In this document: positions 52,791-52,812 of the stretch, one piece after another
How positions within the stretch are numbered: the stretch's first letter is position 1
How the letters are laid out: each line of letters opens with the position of its first letter
NCBI GenBank assembly: GCA_947631655.1
Contig: CANRME010000002.1
Span: 1 to 52,812, forward strand
DNA: 52,812 bases
Reading direction: 5' to 3'
Source: an uncultured Bacilli bacterium
GTDB lineage: Bacteria; Bacillota_I; Bacilli_A; RF39; UBA660
The notes under the pieces: generated by a model
The model's database searches: none
Told to the model about the DNA's origin: nothing
The model's input: only the letters and a program-made list of their open reading frames with translations
Position numbers and translations under genes: made by a program

Positions 52791-52812
52791 CTTTTCTAGT
52801 TATTGTTTAAAA

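Noticed and set aside
1-52812. Mollicutes-type genetic code (TGA = Trp), considered because of the extreme AT-richness
   Set aside because: Conserved Trp positions use TGG. TGA terminates well-defined genes, for example the transposase at 10764-10766 and the M23 peptidase at 4388-4390. Spore genes are also present.

Overview
This is a 52.8-kb window from a very AT-rich, apparently spore-forming Bacillota genome. GerQ-like and SpoIIR-like genes are present. The genetic code is standard: TGA is used as a stop and TGG encodes Trp. About two thirds of the window is origin-proximal housekeeping DNA, mostly on the minus strand: ung, rlmH, a YycJ-like MBL hydrolase, an M23/LysM peptidase, dnaB, rplI, lysS, rpmE, murA, fba, spoIIR, prmC, prfA, rpoE, argS, a class A PBP, a parB-like gene, rsmG, mnmG and mnmE.

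Accessory DNA is embedded in this backbone:
- A 1.1-kb DDE insertion sequence (9690-10810) sits inside a terminator hairpin and is flanked by a 27-bp duplication.
- A mosaic island lies between lysS and rpmE (13.9-28.3 kb). It contains three tandem paralogous 4-TM helical-repeat proteins of unknown family, divergently paired with two atypical ABC half-transporters.
- The same island holds a frameshifted PD-(D/E)XK_2 pseudogene, an XRE regulator with repeated candidate operators, a 5'-truncated DUF4143 ATPase gene, and a 1.7-kb two-gene cassette inserted at the rpmE stop codon with a 20-bp direct repeat.
- A tight four-gene operon (46.5-52.7 kb) encodes zinc-ribbon-anchored membrane and surface proteins (Yip1-like, WG-repeat, TSP3/vWA, 4-TM).

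The strongest candidates for an undescribed system are the paralogue-triad/ABC block and the zinc-ribbon/vWA operon. No rRNA, tRNA or CRISPR array was seen. All family calls rest on motif recognition by eye; no database search was possible.
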